Positions 26,832 to 36,413 of a DNA stretch of 64,000 bases are shown here, in pieces. Numbering within the stretch: the stretch's first letter is position 1; each line of letters starts with the position of its first letter. Made by a program: the position numbers and the translations under genes. The stretch lies in assembly GCA_965112155.1 (NCBI GenBank), contig OZ218099.1; one strand, given 5' to 3'. The notes below the pieces were generated by a model. It saw nothing but the letters and a program-made list of their open reading frames with translations, was not told the origin of the DNA and ran no database searches. This stretch comes from Podarcis liolepis (Eukaryota).

Positions 26832-27495
26832 CCCCATCCATCTGACTCGGTTGCCCCAGCCACTCTGGGCAGCTTCCCACAGATATTATTAGGCATTCTG
26901 TAGCAGCACCATTGCTATTCCCATTTTGTGAGATATGAGCTACATTCTACTTGTTTAGTGCAAACAGTGAGGCCGGGCTTGCTACTTTGTCTTTTGCTGT
27001 GGTGAGCAATGAAGCAAGCCCACATTTAGTTTGTGTTGTGTATCTAGAGAATTAAAGTTTTTTGGCAATTGCACGGCATATTTAATTGGTATAATTAAAA
27101 TTTGATTTTGGGATTTGTCTGCTTCACCAGTTATACATTTCCTCCTAAATGTAAGGCGAAGGGATGTACTGTACCCCACCTGCCTTCTCTGTGTGTATAT
27201 GCCCATGTTGATGCTTGGACCCCTTCTACTGAATCTAGTGAGCTGGTACCTCAGCGCAGCAACTCATAACACCTGAAGTGTTAAGTTGCATGGAAGTACC
27301 TTTGGGAGCGCACACGTCTTCTGGAGGCACCTTCTGTGCTCCAAAAGTGAGACTATATTTTGTTCCCTTCTCTTCTACCAGAAACATCCCTTCATCCTAA
27401 TGTATGAGGAGCGAACAGTGGACGTTGCGTGCTATGTTTGTAAAATCCTGGATCAAATGCCAACGACTCCGAGCTCTCCCATGTATGTCGATTGA
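13490..27495 (+). CDS. MAP2K4: Mitogen-activated protein kinase kinase 4 (MKK4/SEK1), spliced CDS span, 9 exons, 5' exons outside window
   Basis: Exons join in frame from [29 protein letters not shown] to [17 protein letters not shown]. Kinase motifs GRGAYG, AVK, HRDIKPSN, DFG and activation loop SIAKT are present. All introns are GT-AG. Confidence 0.98.
14044..14205 (-). mobile_element. Sauria SINE 5' half
   Basis: Reverse complement of the 5' ~160 nt of the 37907 element. Confidence 0.8.
15219..15247. repeat. (AAAAG)n microsatellite
   Basis: Direct inspection. Confidence 0.85.
15460..15758. mobile_element. pogo/Tigger-like MITE
   Basis: Perfect TIR CAGTGGTGCCTCGCAAGACGAAA; TA TSD at 15458 and 15759. 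Confidence 0.88.
16990..17112 (+). mobile_element. Old CORE-type SINE remnant
   Basis: gtggtggttaga...ggagatcagatttaaatcc...ttcagcctaaccttccttacagg. Confidence 0.45.
17426..17545 (+). CDS. MAP2K4: MAP2K4 exon 4 (120 nt)
   Basis: tttcag|AGAATT...AGAGAG|gtgggc; [40 protein letters not shown]. Confidence 0.97.
18048..18548. mobile_element. Tc1/mariner-superfamily (Tc2-like) MITE
   Basis: TIRs ACGTATATACTCGTGTATAAGCC / GGCTTATACTCGACTATATACAG; TA flanks; internal GGCTTATA subterminal repeats. Confidence 0.8.
18828..18947 (+). CDS. MAP2K4: MAP2K4 exon 5 (120 nt)
   Basis: tcttag|GGTGAC...TTAGCT|gtaagt; [40 protein letters not shown]. Confidence 0.97.
19547..19598 (+). CDS. MAP2K4: MAP2K4 exon 6 (52 nt)
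   Basis: tcctag|ACTGTG...CACAGAG|gtaggc; [17 protein letters not shown](D). Confidence 0.97.
19903..20984 (+). mobile_element. 5'-truncated non-LTR retrotransposon (RTE-X-like), young, in MAP2K4 intron 6
   Basis: Uninterrupted ORF 19904-20824 (RT C-terminal part plus CxC...H...CP motif), 3' UTR with AATAAA 20971, and a perfect 13-bp TSD CACCAAAGCTGCT at 19890-19902 and 20985-20997. Clade assigned from motif recognition only. Confidence 0.85.
21369..21496 (+). CDS. MAP2K4: MAP2K4 exon 7 (128 nt), DFG and activation loop
   Basis: ttgcag|ATATTAAA...ATGGCA|gtaagt; (D)[42 protein letters not shown]. Confidence 0.97.
23042..23119 (+). CDS. MAP2K4: MAP2K4 exon 8 (78 nt)
   Basis: tttcag|CCAGAG...ACATTG|gtaagt; [26 protein letters not shown]. 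Confidence 0.97.
23699..23914. mobile_element. pogo/Tigger-like MITE in MAP2K4 intron 8
   Basis: Ends CAGTGGACTCTTGGGTTGC / TAACCCGAGGTATGACTG|TA; reverse-complement relative of 33722-33978. Confidence 0.7.
24636..24784 (+). CDS. MAP2K4: MAP2K4 exon 9 (149 nt)
   Basis: gtgtag|TATGAA...TTGTG|gtgagt; [49 protein letters not shown](C). Confidence 0.97.
26648..26693 (+). CDS. MAP2K4: MAP2K4 exon 10 (46 nt)
   Basis: ttttag|CCTTACA...CTTCTG|gtgagt; [15 protein letters not shown]. Confidence 0.97.
26783..26880 (-). repeat. (ATT)n microsatellite forming the tail of an L2-like 3' end
   Basis: About 16 TAT units followed by accccatccatctgactcggttgccccagccactctgggcagctt. Confidence 0.65.
27382..27495 (+). 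CDS. MAP2K4: MAP2K4 exon 11 coding part with stop
   Basis: taccag|AAACAT...GATTGA; [37 protein letters not shown]. Confidence 0.97.
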   Translation, partial: KHPFILMYEERTVDVACYVCKILDQMPTTPSSPMYVD

Positions 27496-30400
27496 TACTG
27501 CTGCTACATCAAAACTCTAGTGCAAATGCTGAGAAAAAGCAAGATGTACAGAATCTTCACCCCGTATTGCAGTGTTTTAACGCTCGCCCAGACACCATGT
27601 GCAATAATGTTGGTGTTTTTCTTCCATTCTGTCTGTATATTATTGTCACTTATAAAGTGCATCCATGTAATAATACCTGATCACAGTGTTAGTGTCAGTC
27701 AAAGAGAGACCTCATTTTGCTCTTTTTGTGGACATATTCATAAAACGTGGAAATAAGTAACATTTTATTTGTTGACCATGATTGGATAGCACCTAAAGTT
27801 AATTTCTAGACTCAGAGACTTCTCAGCAGCTACTGGAATGATTTTATTCTCTCAAACTCTTCCAATTGTTACAGATAATATAAAAGAAAGGAAGTTAGGC
27901 ATTGGCCTATCTGATTCTGAACATAAACTGCTTGGGGAGAAAGAAACTTTTATGCAGCCAAATGAGCTACTTTTACCTTCTGAAGCCAACAAAGGCAAAG
28001 AGGGGATAATATATAAATATATATATAAATATATTTCTTCACAAAGTGCAATAGATTAATTGATTTGAAATTCTGTTGCTTTTCAGTCACAGTATATGTT
28101 TTGAAGACAATTGTGGCTCAGCAGAACTTCATATTTCGGAGGGAGAAAGAAGTGATCATGTAAAATGGACTATGTCTTTACCAAAAAATAAAAATAAAAA
28201 TGCATTGCATTGCTTTGAAAGGAGCTAACAATTAAACTCATGAGAGTATGAGTTTGAACTCATGGAGAATAATGTATTGTTTCATTTTCCAAGCAAGCCA
28301 CTCTTCAGTAGAACTAGGTGTCCTGTAAATTGTTACCTGGTGAGATAAGACTTTTACCTGAGGAATTATTAAACTACTCAGTTGAATTTAACTGGCTTGT
28401 GACCCCTGATTTCCAACTCATGGCTAAACTTTCACCATTGAAAGGGTACGGGACAGTTTGCAGTTGTGAAGAGCTATTTTACATTGTTAATAATTATTTG
28501 TAATTTATCTCCATCAAACTTCTCATGTTTTCCAGTTGCATAGAAACTTCCCACAGAGCTCCAGGTATGACTTGGATTTCTGATATTAACCATCAGATCA
28601 AATAAGCTCCCCACGTCCCCATCAGTTGGATAGTTGGGCTTCCAAAATCATTACAAAGAGGATGCTAAATATGTTTGCTTTCATTTTTTGGATGAATTTG
28701 TTTATTAGAAGAATTTCCTAACACAATGGTAACTAAGAGAACTGGAATGTTAAGTTCTTAAAAGCATGTGGCAGAAAAAAGGAAACCCAGAGGTTATATT
28801 GCCAGACAGGGGGTGGGGGGGGGGAGCCCTTTAAACAATTATATTGTCATCTCAACTGCATCCAGTGTGATCTTGTCTTCTAAGTCACAAGGGGGAGGAA
28901 GTGGTGTTTTTTAAAATCCAAAGTTATTTGTAATCTCAGTAACTGTCACTATTTAACATGTAATACTAGAATTGTAAGAGAATTAAGCTTTACCATTGAG
29001 TGGGTCAGCGATAACAAGATTCTGTTACTATAACCAGCTAACTTAATTTTCTCTAGTATACCAGCTGATTAATAGGATTTGGGGGCAAAAACTTGGTCAA
29101 CACCATAAGAGATAATGTATTGAAATGGGAACCAGTTGGGACCAGGGCCATTCCAAGACATTTTGCTGCCTGAGGCAAATGACAAGTGCAGAAGCTGACC
29201 AAACTGCCAGGTAAGCACCCACCACCTGAGCGACTGTTTGACTTGCCCAATGGTAGGCAAAGTCCCTGGTTGGGACTGTTTTAATGTAGTAATTATTCAT
29301 TGTAATCCACTCAGGTGGAAGATTTTCAACCTCATCCAGATGTTCCCAACCTCTATATGCCTATCTCCTGGCTTTTCTTCTTTGTGCCTGCCGAAAATTG
29401 AACAGTAATTAGAGCCCCTTTCATCTTGCATTCTATTCTCATGTATGTTAGCAGCGCATTTCCATTCGGTCAACTGCAAATGGAGGTAGCTCCTATTCAG
29501 GCTCGGTGGATGTCTGAGAGAAACTGACTGTTCTAGCATATTAATCATAGATTGATATATTAAGGGTGCAGCATTTATATTACAGTATATGTTTATAAAG
29601 ATGTATAGTGTTCAGAAGCTGTGAAAATAGTGTAAGAACTGTACATTGTGAGCTCTGGTTTAATTTTTTTCTTGTACCATAGGAAAAAATGTAAAGTTTA
29701 TTGAGAAGCTGATGTGCAGGGGATATTGCCTTATTGTCTGTAAGTAAAATGGAGTTTGACAACATGATAGCTTCTAAGATCTTCCAACTATTTTATCCTC
29801 TCCTGGTTTGAATTCCTCTTCTATTTAAAATACTCTACATGGAATCAAAGTGTTAATGTAATAGGTTCTCCCCCACCCCCCGCCTGCAGGTCAGTTGTAA
29901 TAAATCAAGGATCCGAATATGATATGGCTATAAGCTCAGACATGATGATGGGGAAATGAATAAATGCAAAATGAAATTTAAAAACACCATCTTTCTCTGG
30001 CCAAGTTTTCCTATTTATTGATGTTTGCAAGAAGGACCAAAAGGGATGGTGGGAATTTGAGGAAGAGCCCCTGAAATACAAGAGGCTCAGCTGATCCTGA
30101 CCATTGTTTGACCTTGAAACATTTTTTTTACTCCCCTGAACCAATTACTTTGTTTGCTGTCTATGCATTTTACACAGTGGTACCCCCATGCTGACTGCAA
30201 GCTTTTTAATCTAGCAGAGCTTCCATCAGTAGAATGGGGAGGGGTGTGCTTTTTGTTATTCCCCCACAGTCTCCTACGCCATCTCACGCACTCATCTGAA
30301 GGGTTCCCCCAACCCCATGGAGTATGTTTTAGGGGACTTCAGGTTGGAATGAGTAATTGCCAAAAATTGCCTCTCACCCTGTTCTGCCCCTGGAAGCCTT

Positions 30401-30745
30401 TGCTGGATCAAAGAGCTTTCTATCAGCGTATGGGAGAAATCATTGGATAATATTTTTCATCTTTAGCTACTACTGTATTTGAGGTCTGACATTACCACAT
30501 GAATGACCCAGTTACTTGGGTCATGCATGGCGTATAACACTTGTGCATCCTAGATTTGAATTTGCCTTTTGGGCAACAGCATCACGTTGCTGATTTATGT
30601 TATATTTGTAAGTTAACACAAAAGATCTTTCTCATCAGTAGCCCTGCCCAACAAGGTAGCTGCCATTTGGGACTTTTGTTTCTTGTTCCATCTGTTTTGT
30701 ATTTTTGTGTTACTGGTTTCAATAAATTCATTGAAATCATTTTAA
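27496..30745 (+). other. MAP2K4: MAP2K4 3' UTR (3' end approximate)
   Basis: Follows the stop codon. AU-rich and repeat-poor, with miRNA seed matches. A U/UG-rich run precedes AATAAA at 30721. Confidence 0.6.
30721..30726 (+). terminator. Putative MAP2K4 polyadenylation signal AATAAA
   Basis: AATAAA after tgttttgtatttttgtgttactggtttc; G-rich tract 80 nt downstream. Confidence 0.55.
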
Positions 30746-31183
30746 ACTAAATTCTCATACATTCTCCAGACCATTACCAGCCTCTTCCATTTCTATCATT
30801 TGGGGTGGGTGGGGGGGAGGCATTTGTTTTTTTAAAAAAAGATTTTATTTTGTAGATCAGAGGGGGAGATTGCATTTTTCACTTCTCCTTTAGCAGTTAA
30901 ATGACAAGAAGCTGCGATTTGACCTGTCTTTGAAGTTCACTGAACAAATTACTGACTTTCTGCCTAACTTTCTGCACATAGTGGCTTGCAAAGGTGAAAT
31001 GAGAGATAAACTAGTCCAGGCTGGCCAGGTTTTATGGATAGAGCACTGAAGAAATCTTGGACTATCTACTATTGTTAAAGCTTGCACATGACAAAATAAC
31101 TGCAAAACAAGCACTCAGTGTGACATCACAGGGAGTCTTTTAATTAAGTACGGCAGTGCTGATCACAGAGGTAAGGCATTGTG

Positions 31184-31189
31184 TTTATT
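31184..31189 (-). terminator. Putative distal MYOCD polyadenylation signal AATAAA
   Basis: tttatt on + at the end of an AU-rich, UTR-like block (31190-31500 read on -). Confidence 0.45.
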
Positions 31190-33721
31190 TACAGTGTGGT
31201 TTTTTAATATATATATATATATAGTTGACAGCATCCCTTTAAATAAGGATAAAAAGCCCTGTACCGCATGGCAGTGTAGCACCTAAAACTAGTCTGTGTT
31301 CAAGTGCTATTAAAAAGCCTCAATGGAATGACTTCTAACTTTTTGCATATTAAAATTAAGTAAAAGAAAACAAGCATGTGAAGGATTGTTCTATCCTACC
31401 AGTGCACTGTGTGAACATTTGTACAATAGAAAATTCATGCTTTAAATAGTGACCTTATAAAAAAACTTAACATTTTTTTATACAACATGCAGCAATATTA
31501 AAACCAGTTGTTCGTTCTTCCCCTACTTGACCTCAGACGTTTAGTCACCCATATTGAGGTCTGCAGAGACAGCTCTCCTGGTCCAGGCTGTTCTTCAGCC
31601 AAGAAGACACACGAGGGCCCGTGGTCCTTTTTGTACTGTCTTGATTTCCAACAACTCCTTCCAGTAACACAATATTAAATACACTCATTTGGTAAATAGT
31701 TTTGTAATTAGCTTTGGTTTGCAATACTTTTACACAGTTTCAGGAAATGGCCAGATCCGTCCAAAGCAGCCACAAACTGTTTCTTACACATGCCCTTCCA
31801 TACTGTGCGACCTTTCTGAATTGCAGTGCACAGAGGTTTACAGAATAAAAACACCGATGAATTGGCCAATACTGCAAAGTACCCAGCTAGCCAAGAAGAA
31901 CAAGCTCCTCCTCTTTGGATGTGGATTCATAGCCGTTCTCTGGAAGACCTTGCATGAGATTTTCACTCTGCTCCCTGCACTACAGGTGAGGCTGGGCAGG
32001 AAATCCAGAAAAAAGCAATGGCTAAGGCACGAAGATATTGTGGACTTGAGTATCCTGTGCGGTTAGTTCTGTGTCACAATACTGTAAATGGGAGCTTCTT
32101 TTCACAAGCCTTAGGCAATTAAAAGGTTGAATATGATGTCAATGAGATTGCTGCTTGTGTAGCGTAGATCACAGACAGGTGTGTTGAAGGAAAGGATGTC
32201 TTGAAAGAGGTGCAGCACCATGTGAAGGAGGCAGTAGAGGTTTATTTTGTAAGGCGATTCTTCACATTGGTATTTTGTGCATTGCAAGGTATCTGTTTGG
32301 TTCAGTTGAGTGCTATTGTCTTGCTGTTCTGAGGCGCCATTCTGCTGTAGTAGAATGTGCTTTGTGATGCTGCAGGCTTCCATCCTAGGTGTTTATGGCT
32401 GAATGCTTCACGCTTTTTGTGGGACATCAGCATGATGTCATCAAATTATCCTGTTTTTCCTTCTTTCTCTTCAGACCATTTTTAAAAGACAACAACAGTA
32501 CGATCCCCATAGCTGTAGATCACCATAGTACTATTCTGTCCTTTTTGTGTGGATTTTATGTACACTCTGACATACTGGGCAGGTGAACCTGTTGCTAGTC
32601 ATCTACTTCAGCACACCATCCCTATTAGTTTTTCCATTTGCACAATTTTGTAAGTATGGCTTTTCAAAGCATCTTTTTATTTGTGCTAGAACACTTTTGC
32701 CTATTTATTAGAATTGAAATAATCACACAATTGTACTTACATGAAAAACAATTTAACTCAAATTTTAAGAATTGAAATTGCTTTAAAAATTGTTGTTTTC
32801 TTACCATTATCTTAATTTAAAAAGTGCTGTCTTTTTTTTTTTAAAGAAGCCATAAAAGTAAACCATATAATAGAACTTTTAAAAAGTGGTTTGTTGTAAA
32901 TTAAAGAATTAATTTGGCTCGTTCAGAATGGTCCCTTTCCCACTTTCATGCCTATGTCATGTGTAGTGGTGCGGATTACACATAAAACAAGTACTATATC
33001 CTCAACTCTGAGTGTGGAAAGTTTTTCTGTGTGGAAAAGACTTTCTGGAGAGTAATGATTTTGCACAACTAAGAGTTGCCAATTTGGAAGTACCTATATA
33101 AGTACCTGCCCTCCCCTTTCAACATATGTCTCACCACCTGCTTAAGCTGTATTAATTTATAGTACCGGTATAGTTCAAGCAAAGTTTCACTCAAGGGCCA
33201 TAAACATCATAGCAGACTATTGTTTTAAAGGCTTATTCACCTGCTTAGCTAGTATTTTGCAGCATGATGAAATTGACTACAGCTGCCATTTTCAGATTTG
33301 GTTGCAAAAGGAAGCAGAAGTTATTTTGTTTTTTAAAAATAATAATAAATCCTGACATATAGGGACCAGTTTAGTTAAAATACGCTTTCCATCACTGTAG
33401 ATACAGTAGTGTAATTTGTTTTAAACTACCACCTAGCTTTGAGCCAAGTAGGATACATTTTAAGTGCCGTTTGGACTTTTGCTTCTACATTTCTTTTGTC
33501 AGTCTCATAACTAGACTCAAGAACTGGCCCCCAGCCCCTCTCACCAAAGTCAACTATCTGCTTCCTATGCCCAACCACTCAGCATTTGGTCTACTGGCAA
33601 AAGTAAAACTGAGGGGAATGTAAAGGGTTTTGAACTTGCTAGAATGAAAGATAAGAAGGTATGTGCAAGGAAACAAACAGTAAGCTCACTGGGCATTAAG
33701 GAAATTACTAATAATCATTTA

Positions 33722-33978
33722 CAGTCATACCTCAGGTCGAATGTGCTTCAGGTTGAGTGCGTTCGAGTTGCGCTCATTGGCAACCCAGAAGTAACTGAGC
33801 GCGTTACTTCTGGGTTTCGCCGCTTGTGAATGTGCAAACGCTCAAAATAATGTCACGCACATGCGCAGAAGCGGCGAAAAGTGATGCGTGTGTGCGACAT
33901 GCCATCGCTAGTTATGTTTGCTTCTAGATGCAAACGGGGCTCTGGAATGGATCCCGTTCGTATCTAGAGGTACCACTG
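33722..33978. mobile_element. pogo/Tigger-like MITE within the putative long MYOCD 3' UTR
   Basis: TA|CAGTCATACCTC ... GAGGTACCACTG|TA. Confidence 0.75.
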
Positions 33979-35844
33979 TATAGGTAAATTATAACATTGA
34001 GTTGTTACTGTGGGCATTCAGCGGTGTAGTGAGGATCTGTTGCTCAAGTGGATCTGAGTATAGTTTGGAATTGTGGCTGAGGGCTGGGCCCTCACTTTGT
34101 GGTATAAAGGGAGAACTACGGTTAAAATGAATGAAGGGTAGATATGTCACAACATAGTGCTTTGCTCATAACCCAGACTTTGTTTTGTATATATAGCTGT
34201 GGAGTCATCACCTGGGTGAAGCCTACCCACATGTGAACAAAGGTACCCTACCAGGCAGGCAGCATTTGCATCTTTTTTTTAATGAGGCAACATATTTGAG
34301 TGATACATTGCAATATTTTGGTCTGCCCTCAGGAAAGCGATGGTTAGGAACATAATGAGTATCTGGTGCTTGGTATGAAGCCTTTGGGCTGGGAAATGGT
34401 TGCTGCGTAGCTGGGCCTGCTGTGGTCCTGCCTTGTACCAGCTAGCCTGACCTTGCCCTAGATGAAAACCTGGCAGCCTCCTTTTTGGGGTCTGCCCTGT
34501 GCAGTAACAGGTGTGAGCATTCTAGCAGCAGCTTGATGGTCATGTATGATACTGCATACAGATCTGTTGTGACATGTAGAGAAAACCCAGACTGCGTTCT
34601 GTACCATCACTGACGGACTTAGATCTGGCAATATCTTAATTTAAAGACAGACAAAGGCCATAGGTTCAGGTTACAAGGGGCAGGTTGCCCAGTTTCTTCC
34701 ACCGTGGAAGAAATCTTAGTCGTAGATTTGCAACCTTCACTTGTTAAACTTTGTCACTTTTTCAGATCAGCTCTGGGCAACATATTATTCAATATTATCA
34801 ATTTATTCAAGACTGCCTGTTTATTAAACTGAATAAATTATTTGGTATATGAGGAGGCATGTGAGTCCTTCAAAGTGTTTTTGGAATTTGAAACAGAATT
34901 TAAACTGGTAATCCTTTCCATTTTTATAAGTTACGATTATTTTATTGCTTGTTGTCAATTTATTCATGACAATCTGATACACTCACAGATATTTATATAT
35001 AAGATTATGGTTGGTTTTAATAGTGGGTGTTGAAATGCTTAGCTTTATCTATATCTATATCAAATTATAGATGTGTTTATATTTTTAATTTAATTAAGAA
35101 ATGAGCAAAGTACTTATGAAAGGAGGAATGTACCCTGAAACAGAAAATTGATAGAAGTCACCCCAAACTTCTAGTCAATTAAAAATCCTTCATTTATGTA
35201 CTTGCTTTTTATATTACTCCATGTTCTTTCCAAGCTGAGTGCCCACCACATAAACAAGTCAGATTGCTTTACTTCTATTTCAAGTGCCTTTAAAATTGGT
35301 AAGACAGGGCAGAGAGAGAGAAGTGTTTAGTGAAAGGATGGCTTGGAGGTTACTGGTCTGACAATGGCTTCTTCGTGAGCTGACTTTTTTTTTTAAGTCT
35401 TCATGTATATAATCAGGAGGAAAGGCAGTGGCTGCCATGCAGTGTGATGGACGCTGTAAGTGAACCAATTTTTTTTCCACAGTAGGCAATAAGAGACAAT
35501 ATAGCAGAACCTGATCCGGATGATAGATATGTTAGGGATGAAATGGATGTGCATACCAAACATAATTCTGCTGCAGAGTGAGTCTTTCTTGGAAGAGGTC
35601 TGGAAGCTACTAAAGTTAGCTGTGCTTGCTGAGGAGGAGACTCCTGTGCCAGAGATTTGCTTTGTGGTGTGTGGGAGATTATCTGGCAATTTCATTTGTA
35701 ATAGGGGAGGGGAATGTCCTGGGAAAACTGACTCCAGTTTCTTCTCCCTGGCTGTCACCAGAGCTCTCTGATAAAGTATCTGAGTCTCTTTAATGGAAAT
35801 CTGTTTGTGTTTAGCTGCATCCCCACACATAAGGCTTACTCTGT

Positions 35845-36413
35845 TCACCACTGTTGTAAATGCAGGTCCATGGTACTGTTCAAGTTGAGATCACTAACAT
35901 CTAAGAAATCAATGTTGAAGATGCTGGGCCCAGTGGTGGTGAGGGAACCGAAACCGTTGGCTGAGCTAGGCGGAGTGAGGTCCAGCCATTCCATTGTTTC
36001 CCAAGGAGACTCTGTGAAGCTCATGTGCAAACCAGTTCCTTCTCCAGAAGAGGGAGACAGCTGGGTCTCCATGGGCGACAGGGGAGTGGGCAGGATCTCG
36101 TGGGGTGTCAGCAGTTCATCGGCAGCTTTGTTGGAAAATCCTTCCATCACCCCTTCAAAGTGTGGTTCTTCACCCACCTTCAGTAGGGTGATTTCACTCG
36201 ACCGCCCCAGAGGGCTGTGGGAATTTAACAAGATTTCCAGATGACTGTCGTTGCTGCTAGGGCAGTGTTCAAAGGACAGCTGACCTGAGGGGCCTTGCTC
36301 AAATGAAGCAGACGTCTTCAGTAGCGAGGAAGTGCCAGAGGTCCCCGAAGACACTGTTATCTGAGGCACCTTCTGAAGGCAAGGGCGGTCCTCTTTGGCA
36401 TTGGCAGGCATTT
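35845..36413 (-). CDS. MYOCD: MYOCD last exon coding part, transactivation domain
   Basis: aaacag|AAATGCCT...TGGTGA; (E)MPANAKEDRPCLQKVP...SPWETMEWLDLTPP...DLNLNSTMDLHLQQW*. Confidence 0.96.

Larger units (their letters stand above)
31165..35844 (-). other. MYOCD: MYOCD 3' UTR (long form; end approximate)
   Basis: Downstream of TGA 35847-35845. Proximal hexamers occur near 34802-34963 and a distal one at 31184. Confidence 0.45.
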
